Assembly (NCBI RefSeq): GCF_036321535.1
Contig: NC_087447.1
Coordinates: 51,214,001-51,278,000, forward strand
DNA length: 64,000 nt
DNA from: Camelus dromedarius
Lineage: Eukaryota
Reading direction: 5' to 3'
Shown: positions 1-13,094 of the stretch, piece by piece
Layout: every line of letters starts with the position of its first letter
How positions within the stretch are numbered: the first letter of the stretch is position 1
Translations under genes and position numbers: made by a program
Notes under the pieces: model-generated
What the model saw: the letters and a program-made list of their open reading frames with translations, nothing else
Database searches by the model: none
Told to the model about the DNA's origin: nothing

Positions 1-789
1 CAACCTTTATGTTATATTTATTTATAATTTAAAAAAAGAAAGAAAAGAAAATGAGAATTTACCATCTAATAAATATATTACAATGTGCCGAAATTATCAG
101 CAGTATCAAGTCATATTACCACATAAGCCTATGAATGCTGGGGTAAAGGCCAGCGAACTGAGACTTAAGATATTAACTGTGGACAATGACTGACTCTCGT
201 TAAAATCTGTAGGATAAGGTGGCTTATAATAGACTTTCACTGTACATACATAAACTAAACAAATCTGATAAAAACAAAACAAAAACAAAAACAATCAACC
301 TCCTTCTTTCCCTTTCCAAAATTCAGTTGGCAAAATCCCAGCTTTGGCACAGTTGAGTTCAACTCTCTCCAAACTGTCTCTATACTAAAAGAGCTAAATA
401 TCCTAGAGAACATTACCTGGCTAACTGCTTTAGCTTGAAAATTATCTTTCTCCCAATACTTATGATTACCTTGCCACAAATGGGCATCAACCGGGCTTCT
501 CATTCACCCCTTTCCTTAGCCAATGAGCCAACTTTCAATGAGAAAACAGAAATCTTTGCAGAACTCTATCTTCCCACTCCCAAATCTATATGCTTCCCTG
601 TACCTGGAACACCCAGTTACAATGAAGAAGGTGTCCCCTCTCCCATCAAAAGCCTTTCTCTCATTCTCTCTTTTCCTTCCATTCCTTCACTTTTACTCCC
701 TCTCACCTGGAATGATCTCCTTCAGTTACATTAATATCTCTTTATCTCTCTCTCTCCCTCTCTACCCCCCACCATACACACACACACAC

Positions 790-2385
790 ACTCAGTCATA
801 CAACAAGTATTTATTTAACATCTACAATGTACCAATACTAAACTAGCTGAATAAGACAAAGTCCCTGTGTTTGTGGGTTTGCAGACTTATAGACTAGCAA
901 GAGAAGCACACAAAGAAATAAGCAAACAAATATACAATGTCAAGTTCATAATGAAAATTAAAGAGTAGTACATGTGAATGCAGAAGGGACAGAGCTGGGG
1001 ATGGTACATAAGAGCTTACATACCTCAGGATAGGCTTCTCTGAGGAAGAGACACTTAAGACCTGAATGAAATGAGACAGTAAATCATAGTAATATCTGGA
1101 AGCACTGTTAAGCAGAGGGAGCAGTAAGTACAAATGTCCTAGATGAGAATTTTGGGGTGTACTGAACAGCAAAAAAGCCAACAAGACAGAAGTTAAGTGA
1201 ACAGGAGAAATGTGGTAGGAGACTAAGATTAGAGATGTACCCAGAACTCAGATTATGTAGGACTTTATATGCCACAATAAATTTTGAGAATTTTGAGCAG
1301 TGATATGATTTATGTTTTAAATAGACCACTCTGGCTGCAGAGAACTGACTTCAGGGGAGCAAAGAAAAAGCAGAGAGACTATTAAGAAGTTATTACAATA
1401 ACTCATATGAGAACTAATGGTGGCCTACATGTATTGCAATAGGCAAAGAGAAGTATTGCAAGGGCAGATATTTTGAAGGTAGAGGCAAATGGCTTATTTA
1501 GAGGTTGAATACACAGTGTGAGAAAAAAGGAAAGATCAAGATGATCTCTAAATTTTTGGCCTGAGCTGAGAATATTGGGTGAATATAAACATGCTATAGT
1601 GTCTTCTATTCAAAGACACTCATACACACACACACCCCTTTTTACACCCACATCCTCCTCCAAACACCATTCATTTCTTTGTTCCCCTCCATAACACAGC
1701 TTTTCAAAAGAATTGTCTACTTACACTAGCTCCACTTCCTCGCCTTCTATTTGCCAACTACCACCCTACTATTTCACCAAAAGTAGTCTTGTCGAGACTA
1801 CCAGTCACTTCCCTGTTGCCAAATCAAATGGTCACTATTGTGTCCTCACCCTACCCAACCTCTCAGCAGCATTCCACGTAACTGACCTCCCTTCTCTTTC
1901 AAAGGCTCTATTTTCTTGGCTTCTGCAGAAGCACATTCACCTGGCTTTCCTTCTTTCTATCTACCTGTATCTCCTTTGCAGGCTCTTCCTTCACTAGCTA
2001 TCCACAACATGTCCAATGCTAGGAACCTCCTTTCCTCATGCACTACACTCTGCCCCAGATGAACATCTATTCCCATGGTTTTACAGATTATCTATATGTT
2101 GATGATGCCCAAGTTTCTATCTTTAGCCCAAAAGCTCTTTCAGACTAATAACCATCTGTTAGATAATCCACCTGCATTTCTCTTAAAGAACTTAAACCTG
2201 ACAAGAACAAATGAAACTCTTGGATTTCACAGCATCTACCATAAATTTTAATTATATTCACTTACTTATTACACATTTCCCTCAATAAACAGTAAGATTC
2301 AAGAAAGAACACTATTTCTGTTGTGTTTACCAATGTATATCTAACAACTAAATAGGGCTCAGTAAGAGTAGACACCAAGATTTAC
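790..2385. mobile_element. LINE-2 (L2) fragments in both orientations
   Basis: Decayed L2 motifs: reverse-oriented ~790-1570 and forward ~1600-2385 (GTTGCCAAATCAAATGGTCAC, CTCTCAGCAGCATT, CTATATGTTGATGA). Confidence 0.65.
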
Positions 2386-2811
2386 TAAACCCTCTGTGTC
2401 CCCAAAATATTCACATGCTAATAGGAGAGGCATACATAAACCACAATGACAGTTCGACAGGGTAAGTGCCACTATGAATGGTAAGAGGAAGCACATGAGA
2501 GCTACGTGAATCCAAAAGAAGGGGCCCTTACCAGGCCAGAAGTCAAGATTTTCTTAAGGTAAATTCAAAGTTTATTTTTGCAGGATAAAATAAATATAGC
2601 TTTTAAGTGCCTACTATATATTTTTTCTTTTCTTTTATATAATGATTTTCAAGCTTTATAATAACCTTTTAAGGTATGTATAAATATCTTCCATTTTATA
2701 TATGACTATTAGAAAGATTAAAAACCAAGTAGTTAGTAAGTAGTAAACCAAAATTTGAACTGAAGTCAGTCTGGTGTTGAATCCCTCCCCCTTTCTTCCT
2801 CTTTTCCTCTT

Positions 2812-2841
2812 TGTGTGTGTGTGTGTGTGTGCGCGCGTGCA
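2812..2841. repeat. (TG)n(CG)n purine-pyrimidine alternating microsatellite
   Basis: TGTGTGTGTGTGTGTGTGTGCGCGCGTGCA. Confidence 0.9.
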
Positions 2842-3662
2842 CGCTCTGTAGTTCAAGACGTCACTAAAAAAATTCCTTTTATACTTGCCACCTACTATTT
2901 GTTTTGATTTTAAGGAAAACACTAAACTTCTTGACCCCAGTTTTCAGCATGGGGTCCAAATTACCAGTCTCTAAATCATACTCTTTCTAGCCCCCTCTTT
3001 TCCTTTAAGGATTGAGGCTCAGTTTTAAACTAGTCAGAAAGCAACCCTAGGCATTTCTCCCATGCTGCAGCATCTGACCATTTTTCATGGCTGAAAATAC
3101 ATTCAGGAACAACCACAGTAACATCTGTACAGCACTTCACAGTTTACAAAGCAGTTTCACACATTCATTATTTCATTTGATCTTCACCAACCCTATGAGG
3201 TGTTAAATTCCTATTTTACAGAGGCCAATGGAAATAAAATGCCTAACCTAGCTCCATCTGGTCTCTGGATTCTAGTCTGCCAGAAATTGAATTTAAGAAA
3301 ATTGAGGGGTGCAAAAGGGGAGAACGAGAGCAAATGATTCATAGACAGCACCGAGTCACCCAAGTGGCCTAGAGCCAAGTGAAGTTAACAGGGACCAAGT
3401 CTGTTTCCTTTCCAAGGTAATGAGTTTGGAAATGGCATAGTGACCTACCACATGGAACTTTTCTTTTTTCACTTCAGCAGTACCTAAAGTCTAGCCCAAC
3501 AGATAGATAGAAAATACAACATAAGAAAACTCTTTGTACACTATATGTACATACAGGGTTAGAAGATAACACAGTATAAGAAAATAGATATCACCTTTAG
3601 AGAAGTCTTGAGTTTAGCCCCCAGCTCTTCTACTTTCTTACTGAATCAAAAGGTTCCTCCTC

Positions 3663-3850
3663 AATGTGCAGACACTAACTACTATATGTTAAATAGATAA
3701 ACAAGGTCCTACTGTATAGCACAGGGAACTATATTCAATACCTTTTAATGGCCTATAATGAAAAAGAATATTCAGTATAACTGAATAACTATGCTGTATA
3801 CCAGAAATTAACACAACATTGTAAATCCACTATTCTTTAATTTTAAAAAA
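3663..3850 (+). mobile_element. LINE-1 3'UTR fragment
   Basis: Homologous to 9765-9930 (GTATAGCACAGGGAACTAT...CCAGAAATT). Confidence 0.8.
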
Positions 3851-4794
3851 TTCCATCCTGTGTTATCACAGTCCCTTATGCTTCTCTTTTATCACATATA
3901 CTTATCACATGCGGTTTTAGATTCCCATACTCCTTTACTTGCACTGGAAGGCAGCAACTGAGTCCAATTTCCATTTTTGTATCCCCAACACCTGGCACCA
4001 CAACTAACATAGACTAGATGATCCAGAGAATGTCTGGTGATGAATAGATGCCATATTCAAAGCTTTTCGTCTAGACAGTGAGTACCAGGATAACAACCAT
4101 CTTATCTTCTTATCTCTGTTTCCCCTCTTGCTCTCCTAGAGGACACTGCTCAAGAAAAGTTTGCTGAGAAGAAACAAACCAACCCAAAAAGTTAGTCTTC
4201 AGAGGAAAATTAACCTAAATGATCCTCTTTCCCTGACTATAGTGTTTCCAGCACACCTACCTCTACCCACAAAATAACCCCTATCTTACCCAGTTCACTT
4301 TCTTCTTTAAAAGAGCACTATTCTTCTCCCTCAGGACTTCTTCTCTCCCTCTATCCGACTACCGCTATCCTCTTCTTCTTCCCTAGGCTCACAGGTCTGC
4401 TTATTTACCTCCAGGTCCGCAAGGCTTCAGAGCTGCCAAAGAGTCTTCATTCCTCAATGTCTGAGCCTCTGGACACTCTTGCTCTCCTCCCACTCTAGTT
4501 TGCAAGCCCTCCGCTTCCCACCTTGCTTACTCCCTATTGCCTGCTGATGCCCACCCACTAAACCCCAGGAAGGAGGTGGGGGACAAATCTAGGAAGAATG
4601 CTTATTTGAGGGCCCAAAGCAAGGCACAGAGGCAGTAAGAAGAGAGACTGGCACTTGGGGAAGATAAAATTTGTAGGCAAAAGCTGAAAGTAAGGGAGTT
4701 AGGGAGGAAACAGAGTATTTGGACCTCACAAACACTAGCAAAGGTCCCTGCAAACCAGTAACCTACTAATAATGGAAAAGTTTAACCAAAAAAA

Positions 4795-5050
4795 TCTAAG
4801 AGGAAAAGAGAAGAAAGCCTAACCAAGAAAAGAAGGATCCAAAAGAGGGAAGGAAAAACTGGCTATGAAGAAGAAAGGATAAGGAAGGGAAGTATGAGGG
4901 GAGCAAGAAGAAGGGAGAAAGTGGGGATGGGAGAAAAGTTACGTAGGAAGCAGGACAGGAAAAATGATGAGAAGTAGGAAGTAGAAAGGAAAGTGGGGAG
5001 ACAGAGATAAGGAGGTGGGTCATAGAAAAACTGACTGGAAAAAAGAGGTC
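4795..5050 (+). repeat. GA-rich low-complexity purine tract
   Basis: Strongly A/G-biased sequence that explains the F/L/S/P-rich minus-strand ORFs. Confidence 0.7.
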
Positions 5051-5959
5051 CAAAATAATCAAGGTAGGTTAGCATGAGGCCTGACATGTGTTTCTTGGTC
5101 CCAGATGATCAAAAAGGAAAGAATTATAGTGATTAAGACATTACATAGCCCCCAAGGTCTATCATTAGCTTGGCAGAGTAAGGAGGAGGCTCCAGATAAG
5201 ACAGCCAAGTTTAAAGCAGCTTTATGCCCAAGTATCCAAGAATTGAGCAGTCTGGAGAAAAACCATTAACATACCTTGACCTGCTTCTTCCCAGCTCCAC
5301 CTCCCTACTCAAAATATCTACACTCAACACTAAAATAATCAGCATTCTCAACCTCTGCCTTGTCCTTTAAGTCACTGGGTCCTGAGCAGCCCAGCAAGAT
5401 GCCATCCACAGGGCTACAAGACAGGATACCAGGATCTGCTTCCCAAGTTTATCTGTCTCCTAGTGTTGACAGAAGTATTTCTATAATCTGTTCTAGGGCT
5501 TTTACCAGCTCACCTGTCCAAAAACAGTCTAATAGCCTGAGAAAGCCAGAGTTACAAACAAAATGTCAAGCCCTTCATTGCACAGATAAGGAAACTAAGG
5601 TCCACAGAAGCTGCCTGAACAGGACCAGTCTCCCGACCCTAGGTCTCCTATCTCTCAGTTTACTCCACCTCTTAGCGAGTCACTTATAATTCCCCTCCCC
5701 AGCACCCAAGAGAAAAGCCCTATGGTCCCAGAAGGCCAGCAGCTAATCCAAGGCAGATGAAAGGATCACCCTAGCCACCAAGCAGAAGGGTGCTTGCAAA
5801 GGAACAAGGCTCCTGTGGCACAGCAAACTGCCCCCAAATCAGCTTCCCCTTCACACCCTTCCCTAGCCAGAGCTCTGATTCCAGTGCTGGCCTAACCCTG
5901 GGTGGGCTCATCTGAGGGTTCCACCCTAAATCCCTTCTCGCATTTAGGGTCTCTTAGGG

Positions 5960-6430
5960 GAAGAGATCCTAAATCTACCGGACCCGCGTCACCGGAAGCC
6001 AGCAGAAAAGCCCCCTCCCCAGCACCGCCCAGGATGGTAGCCTTACCTGGTGGAGGGAGTCGGCCCCGGCATCTCTGCCTAAGGTTTTTGCCGCAGAGCC
6101 GCACCTCTATCACGCCTGGCGGGCCGCGCAACGCCCTGGCTCCACCCGTGCTGCTGTTCTACTCAGTTGGGGCCGGGCTCCCAGCAGCTCAGCTGCCCCA
6201 GCTCTGGCTCCGGGGAGCAGCACGCTCCCGCCCTCGCAGGGCGCAGCGAAGGCTCTGCTTTGGGGTTGGCGAAGCAGAAGGGGCGGGGAAATAAGGGAGG
6301 GAAGGAGGCGGGAGGAAACCGCGCTTCTCCTTTCTGCAAAGAAGCAGAAGCGCCGAGGGAAGGGGAGACAACTACATTCCCATCTCCTCAGCTATTTTCT
6401 CCAAACTAGTCTTCAGCAGCGGGTAGTCTC
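5960..6430. promoter_or_regulatory. Small intronic CpG-rich region, probable alternative promoter
   Basis: Local CpG enrichment in a CpG-poor intron, with a GC box GGGGCGGGG (6280-6288), an ETS core ACCGGAAG (5991-5998) and an imperfect ZNF143/THAP11-like ACTACATTCCCA (6371-6382). Confidence 0.75.
6047..6230 (-). other. PAK1: Probable alternative first exon of PAK1 (5' end approximate)
   Basis: Strong donor CCAG|GTAAGG (last exon base 6047) on the same strand as exon 1, directly downstream of the GC box in the CpG-rich patch. Confidence 0.6.
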
Positions 6431-8439
6431 TCACTGAATCCAGGCTTTCCAGGGGCTGTCAGAGCTTCCTGGGTGAGTCCCAGAGTCAAGGAAGAAAACC
6501 AGAGCTCCCTGTGCCTTAGTTTCTCCAGCTGGGTCTGAACTCCGGACAGCTCACCTCAAACCTAGCATTCTAACAGATCAGGCCTCAGGAAAAGATCTCT
6601 TCCCACTCAACCACCGCCTCCAACACAGGTGTCAGGTTTTAATTCTAATGCCCCAGGGAAAACATCAGCCGCTTACAGGAGCTTCTAAGCAAAGAAAATT
6701 CAGCAGCAGCTACCATTTATTAAGTGCCATTGTGTACCAGGTGCTTTACAAAATTTTATGTCTATCTCAGCTTATGAAGTAGACACACTTCCAATTTATA
6801 TACGTCAAAAGTGAGGTCCAGGAAGAATATGGCTTTGTACAATATGTATTTCTTAAACACATACTGTGAATCAGGCAATGTAATAGGCAATGTAATGGCC
6901 CCTGAGCAGAGCAACGCATTACAGAAAATTTATAACCCTGGCCCAGACCTCCTAAATGATAGCAGTGCCCCCCAATGACTGAAACTATTAAAAAAAAAAA
7001 AAAAAAAAAAAACTTCACACATTTCCAAATGCTCCCTAAGAGGTAATACTACCCCTCTATGCCCTGCTCTTGAGAGATATGCCAGGAGTCAGATTATGCA
7101 GGGTCTCTTGCAGGTTATTACCAGGAGTTTGGGTTCTGTTCTAGGTTTTAGCAATAGGAAAGCTTTGGAAGGTTTTAGGCAGAATGAAAAGCTCTAATCT
7201 ATATTTTTAAAGGATCACTGCTGAATGGAGAACAGAGGGGAGGGTTATGGAAACAAGAAAACAAATTAGTAGATTCTTTTCAGAGCTCCAAGCAAGAGAA
7301 GATGGCAATGACTTAGACTAGTAATTGGAAGAAGAAATGAAAAGAAACAAGCATTATTCTAAAGACACAGCTTGGAAGAAGCAGCAGCAGAACTTGTTGA
7401 AAGACAGGAGGTGATGGATGAGAGAAGGTAGTGACTTCCTCAAGATCTCACAGCTGGTAAATGGTCGAGTCACCCCAACTTTGGTCTGACTCTTAACTTG
7501 TGCTTTCTGTCATGTCAGTCATCTTTATATCAACTGCCATATCCCTCTCCATACTGCCTGCCAAAGAGCAGGTAATCAGTATCATGTCTGATCAATGATT
7601 GACATGTGCTAGAGAGATTTTATGGTATTTAGCCATCTTCCCTGACAGATGTCTACACCGCCATTCAATGTATCGAAAGTAATCTAATTATAGAAGAATG
7701 TAGGGAAAGAACTCCATGAGGACAGAAAGAGCTCTTCTGTTAAGTATCTTTCATCCCTCCCAGACCCTGAGTACTTGTGCTATTCTAACTACCAGAAGTC
7801 TCAAATTTGGTGGAAATAGGGAATTTCTTGAAGACTCTCCTCCCAATATAGAGAGAACTGCTCAATAATATAGAGTAGGGTATCTGCTGCACTATGAGAA
7901 ATCAGCTTCAAAGTAGTTTTACGATGTTCTTTTGACCTTTCACCCTTATCCTTCATCTCAATGTATGAATAAGATAAGATCAAGAAAGAGTCCTCAACCT
8001 TGGTCAGTTTTTCAAAATAATGATGAATAACCAAATTATAGCATCTGCTCTTATCCAACTTCCCAACCCATCCAGCAGCCCCTCTTACAGATAGGCTCTG
8101 CTGGAACACATGCAGGAACAGAAAGCTCCCTTGCAACTTGCACTATGAGACAGTGCTTCCTAATATTCAGCCAGGTGCCCCTCTGTAAACTTCCAATTCT
8201 GCCTCCTGGAGCACTCAGAAAACATCCTTCAATGCCAAGTCATATTAAAGGTCTTCAGATATGTGTATATGCACATCTATCAAGGCCATGCACTTTTCTC
8301 TTCTCTAGGATAAATATTTTCAGTTCTCTTTAATACTTTGTTCATTCAATAACTATTTAAGCATCGTATACAAGCCACCAGAGACAGACACATCATCAAA
8401 CAGGACCACACCCTCAGCGAGCTTATGGTAGTTCTAGTA

Positions 8440-8560
8440 TGATGGTTTTCAACTCCCACTGTGCATCAAAATTACCTGGGAAGCTTTAAGAATATATAGT
8501 GAATATATAGCAGAGACTATGACTCAATTGTTCTGGGACGTAGCCTAAGCAACATATCTC
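8440..8560. mobile_element. MER5A-like fragment
   Basis: GGTTTTCAACT...TGTGCATCAAAATTACCTGGGAAGCTTTAA. Confidence 0.55.
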
Positions 8561-8649
8561 TAAGGATATAACTACAGTTATATATAGGTGTCTATCAGAG
8601 GACTAATACTATCTGACTTGAAGACTTAATATAAAGCTACAGCAATAGG

Positions 8650-9938
8650 AAAGTCACATGTAAATCAATGAAATAGAAGACTCCCTTACATTATACACAA
8701 AAATAAACTCAAAATGGCTTAAAGACTTAAACATAAGACAAGACACGATAAGCCTCCTAGAAGAAAACATAAGCAAAACATTCTTTGACATAAATCTTAG
8801 CAATGTTCTCCTAGGGCGTCTATGCAGGCAATAGAAATAAAAGCAAAAATAAACAAATGGAATCTAATTAAATTTATAAGCTTTTGAACAGCAAAGGAAA
8901 CTATAAACAAAACAAAAAGACAACCTATGGACTGGGAGAAAATTGATGTGACTGATAAGGGCTTAATTACCAGAATATACAAACAACTCATACAACTTAA
9001 TTAAAAAAAAATCCAAAAATGGGAAGAAGAACTAAACAAGCAATTCTCCAAGACATATAAAGGGCCAATAGGCACATGAAAAAATGTTCAATATGGCTAA
9101 TTATCAGAGAAATGCAAATCAAAACTACAGTGAGGTATCACCTCACACCAGTCAGAATCGCCATCATTCAAAAGTCCACAAATGACAAATGCTGGAGAGG
9201 CTGTGGAGAAAAGGGAACCGTCCTACATTGTTGGTGGGAATGTAATTTGGCGCAGCCACTATGGAAAACAGTATGGAGATTCCTCAAAAAACTAAAACTA
9301 GACTTACCGTATGAGCCATCAATCCCCCTCCTGGGCATATATCTTGAGGGACTTCTAATTTGAAGAGATACATGCACCCCAATGTTCATAGCAGCACTCT
9401 TTACAATAGCCATGACAGGGAAACAACCTAAATGTCCACTGACAGATGACTGGATACGGAAGTTGTGGTATATTTATACAATGGAATACTACTCGGCCAT
9501 GAAAAAGAATAAAATAATGCCATTTGCAGCAACACAGATGGACTTGGAGATCATCATTCTAAGTGAAGTAAGCCAGAAAGAGAAAGAAAAATATCACATG
9601 ATATCACTCATATGTGGAATCTAAAAAAAAAAAAAAAAGAAGAAGATACTAGTGAACTTATCTACAAATAAACAGAGTCACTGACATAGTAAACAAACTT
9701 ATGGTTACTGGGGAGAAAGGAGATGGGAAGGGATAAATTGGGAGCTCGAGATTTGCAAATATTAACTACTATATATAAAATAGATAAACAACTAGTTTTT
9801 TCTGTATAGCACAGAGAACTATGTCTAATATCTTGTAGTAACCTATAATGAAAAAGAATATGAAGAATATATGTGAAACATTATGCTGTGCACCAGAAAT
9901 TGACATACTGTAAACTGAATATACTTCAATAAAAAGAA
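8650..9938 (+). mobile_element. 5'-truncated LINE-1 (ORF2 C-terminus + 3'UTR), relatively young
   Basis: ORF fragments [19 protein letters not shown]...CWRGCGEK...HCWWEC and [10 protein letters not shown]...PKCP...[11 protein letters not shown] are typical of the L1 ORF2 C-terminus. It ends with AATAAA and an A-rich tail, and is disrupted by frameshifts and stops. Confidence 0.93.
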
Positions 9939-10955
9939 ATAATAAGAAAACAAACAACCCAATCAAAAAATGGACAAAAGATCTGAACAGATACCTCACC
10001 AAAGAAGATACAGAGATGGCCAAAAAAACACATGAAAAGGTAATCAACATCATATGCGATTAGGGACTTGCAAATTAAAACAACAATGAAATACCAATAC
10101 ATACATCCCAGAATGGCTAAAACCAAAAACACTGATAACACCAAATGTTGGTGAGAGTGTGGAGCAACAAGAATTCTCATTCACTGCTGAGGGAATGTAA
10201 AACAGTACAGCCACTTTGAGAGTTTGGCAGTTTCTTACAAAGCTAAAGATAGGCGTAAATACCATACAATCTAGCAGTTGCACTCCTAGATATTTATCAA
10301 AATGAGTTGAAAATTTATGTCTACATAAAAACCTCTCCACAAATATTTACTGCAGCCTTATTCATAATTGTCAAAATTCAGAAGTAACCAAGATATCCTT
10401 CAATAGATAAAGAGATAAGTATCTACACAGTAGCATATTATTCAATGAACTATCAAGCCAAAAAAAAGACCTAGAAAAAACCCTAAATGTATACTGCTAA
10501 GTGAAAAAAAAAAAGTCTAAAAAGATTGATTCCAACTATATAATATCCTGAAAAGGAAAAACTATAGAAGCAGCAAAAAAAATCCGTGGTTGCCAGGGGT
10601 TCAGAAGAAGGTGAGGGTAAAGTTGAACAGGTGAAACACAGGCATTTTAAAAGTAGGGGAACTATTCTGTATGACACTATAATGGTGGATACTTGACATT
10701 GTGCACTTGTCAAAACCCACAGACCTGTACAACACAATGAGTGAACCTTAATATAAACTATAGGCTTTAGTTAATAATGATCTATCAATATTGGTTATCA
10801 ATTGTACTCTCTAATGCAAGATTTTAATAATAGAGGAAGTTCTGGGGAGAGTGGGAGAGAGGGATTATACAGGAAGTCTTATATACTTCCTGGTCAATTT
10901 TCTATAAGCTTAAAACTGCTCTAAAATTAAAGTCTGTTATAAAATTTTAAATGAA
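9939..10955 (+). mobile_element. Older LINE-1 3' fragment (L1MC/L1MB-like)
   Basis: A second, more diverged ORF2 end (AAAATGGACAAAAGATCTGAACAGATACCTCACCAAAGAAGATA...) plus an old-type 3'UTR. Confidence 0.8.
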
Positions 10956-13094
10956 GAAAAAATATCAAGCAAAAGAAGAAGACATACAAGATAAAGCTCA
11001 TTTATCGTGCCTGGTACTCTATAGGAAACGTGATACTCTGAGTTTAGTCTAAACTCTGGAACATAGTTAACTATCACCTCCATTAACTATACTTAGTACT
11101 TCCAATAATTCAGTCCAAAGCTGCATTAGCTTTTAAGCCACTGCACTGCCTTTGACTGACATTGGGCTTAGGTAGCCAAAACCACAATTTTCATGAGAAG
11201 AACATCATGCTAGGGCTCCCTAGACTGCCCATATGTTGCCATTTCTTTGAGACTTAAAATGTAGAACTTCACTGTTATCCTCCTTATATTTCATCTTGTT
11301 GGCTTCAACACAAGTGCTTTCATGCTCTCTCACTCTGTCTGCACCATCTAGCATAGTAGTATTTCCTTCCAGTCTTTATCACCTACAAAACTGGTAAGTA
11401 TGCTATTTCTTCACACATTTATCAAACATCTACCATGTGCCCTAGTCTGTACTAGGTTACAAGGATTAAAGATGACCTAGAAATGGCCTCTGTCTCCAGA
11501 AATCACCACTAATAAGGGAAGCTGGCATGTATAAAACTGTAAAAAGTACTGTACTAGAAAAAAGAATAAACAAAATAAACAGGATAAGGTAGAAGAAACT
11601 ACAAAATATGTACCATACAGTATAAGGCAGGGCCACTAATGTCTTCAGCAAGAAAGATCAAATTCAAGCATCTTCTATTTTAGATTTCAGTTCTCAAAAA
11701 CCAGATGCTGGTTTGATTATAGAAGGCTGACCAGCTGGCTCACACACTCTTTCAATGGTGGGTACAGCTGTAGAAAGCGTGGTTAACTGTGGCTCCCTCT
11801 GAGGAAATGCAAGACTCATGAAATTGAGGCATATTAGTAAGAAGACAGCATTTTATTTATTACTGAGGGTTAATAGGTTAATCAAGGAAGAAACTACTAG
11901 CTAAAGAAATGAAAAAGCAGAATAAAACGAGGTAGAAAGGGCTTTAAGAGATGAAATTGTACAAAGAAAGAAAATAAATTCTAGAGATATCAAATAACTT
12001 GCCCAAGTTTACCCAAGTTAGCAGTTAACTTGTTTTAAGTGCAATTATTACTTGCATTTATATAGTCCTTTGGTTTTACAAAGTAAATAATTTACAAATG
12101 ATTCTTGCAAGCCATGGACTCTGACCAGCAATGTTTTGTCTACGTGCTCATTTCAGGCCTAACTTGGCCCTTTCAGGTCGCTCACATGACTTCTATAAGC
12201 ATATGAGTTTGCAACCACTGTTAACACTATACAAAGTCTACTGAAAAGTAATAATTAGCACGTTTTGTTTAGACACTACAGGTTTTAACCAATAGTGCCT
12301 ATAGAATTTGAAAATGATTGTTTTTCTTTGATTCTTCTGCAACTACAAATAATTTTAAGAATAACATATTTACTGATTGAGAATTACAGCCTGTGGTATT
12401 ACCAGTTAAATATAGGAAAGAATCAGTCACCAATGATGATTTTAGCTATACTAAAATAGTCAACTAATATATCATTCTTTCTCGTAATCAGATGGCAGGG
12501 CTAGTTGTCTATTAAGAACTATGAAATGAGATGGAGTATGAAATAAATAAATAACAATATTAGCTTACCAAAACACTTCAAGAAAAGAAATAAGCAGTGG
12601 AGGGATAGAAATCGTGGGGAGGGGGGGCGCAAAATCTATTCAGTGGCAGTCAGTTACAAAGCAACTAAATTAAAACATACTTGAAGTTCAAACAAGCCAA
12701 AAAAGTACAGAGAAGGGAGATATCGATTACATCCGTAGAGCTGGGGGAAGCTTTGTGGAGGAAACAGTATTTGGGTTGGATATTGAAAAAGGAGTAGAAT
12801 ATTCATAGATAGAGGTACTGAGATTGAGGGAAAAGGAGAATTCCCTTGAGAGAATCACAAAAGCAAAAGCCCAAAGGAGGAAAAAGCATGAGCTCTGTTT
12901 AGGAAATAGTAAATAATCTAGTCATTCAAGAAACAGCGAATAATCTCATCATTCATTCAGCATTTACTGAACTTGATCTACATGCCAGACACAGTACTGT
13001 CTTGAAGGTTGAAACAAGAGGAGACCTACTTCTTACTTTCAAGAAACAAAGCATTTTTAAAGACAATAGAAGACAAAGCTGTGACACTGACAGC

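Noticed and set aside
4395..4470. Extra minus-strand exon ending GAG|GTAAAT near 4408
   Set aside because: Such motifs are expected by chance over 55 kb, and there is no CpG enrichment or clear acceptor to support it.
4796..5087. Hydrophobic small-protein ORFs
   Set aside because: They are translations of a GA-rich low-complexity tract.
5892..6409. ORFs over the second CpG-rich region
   Set aside because: Same GC-content artefact; only the short AUG frame abutting the donor was kept as a hypothesis.
9076..9624. Functional reverse transcriptase/endonuclease CDS (also ~27-28.6 kb and ~39.3-39.8 kb)
   Set aside because: These are 5'-truncated, frameshifted L1 ORF2 remnants and cannot encode an active protein.
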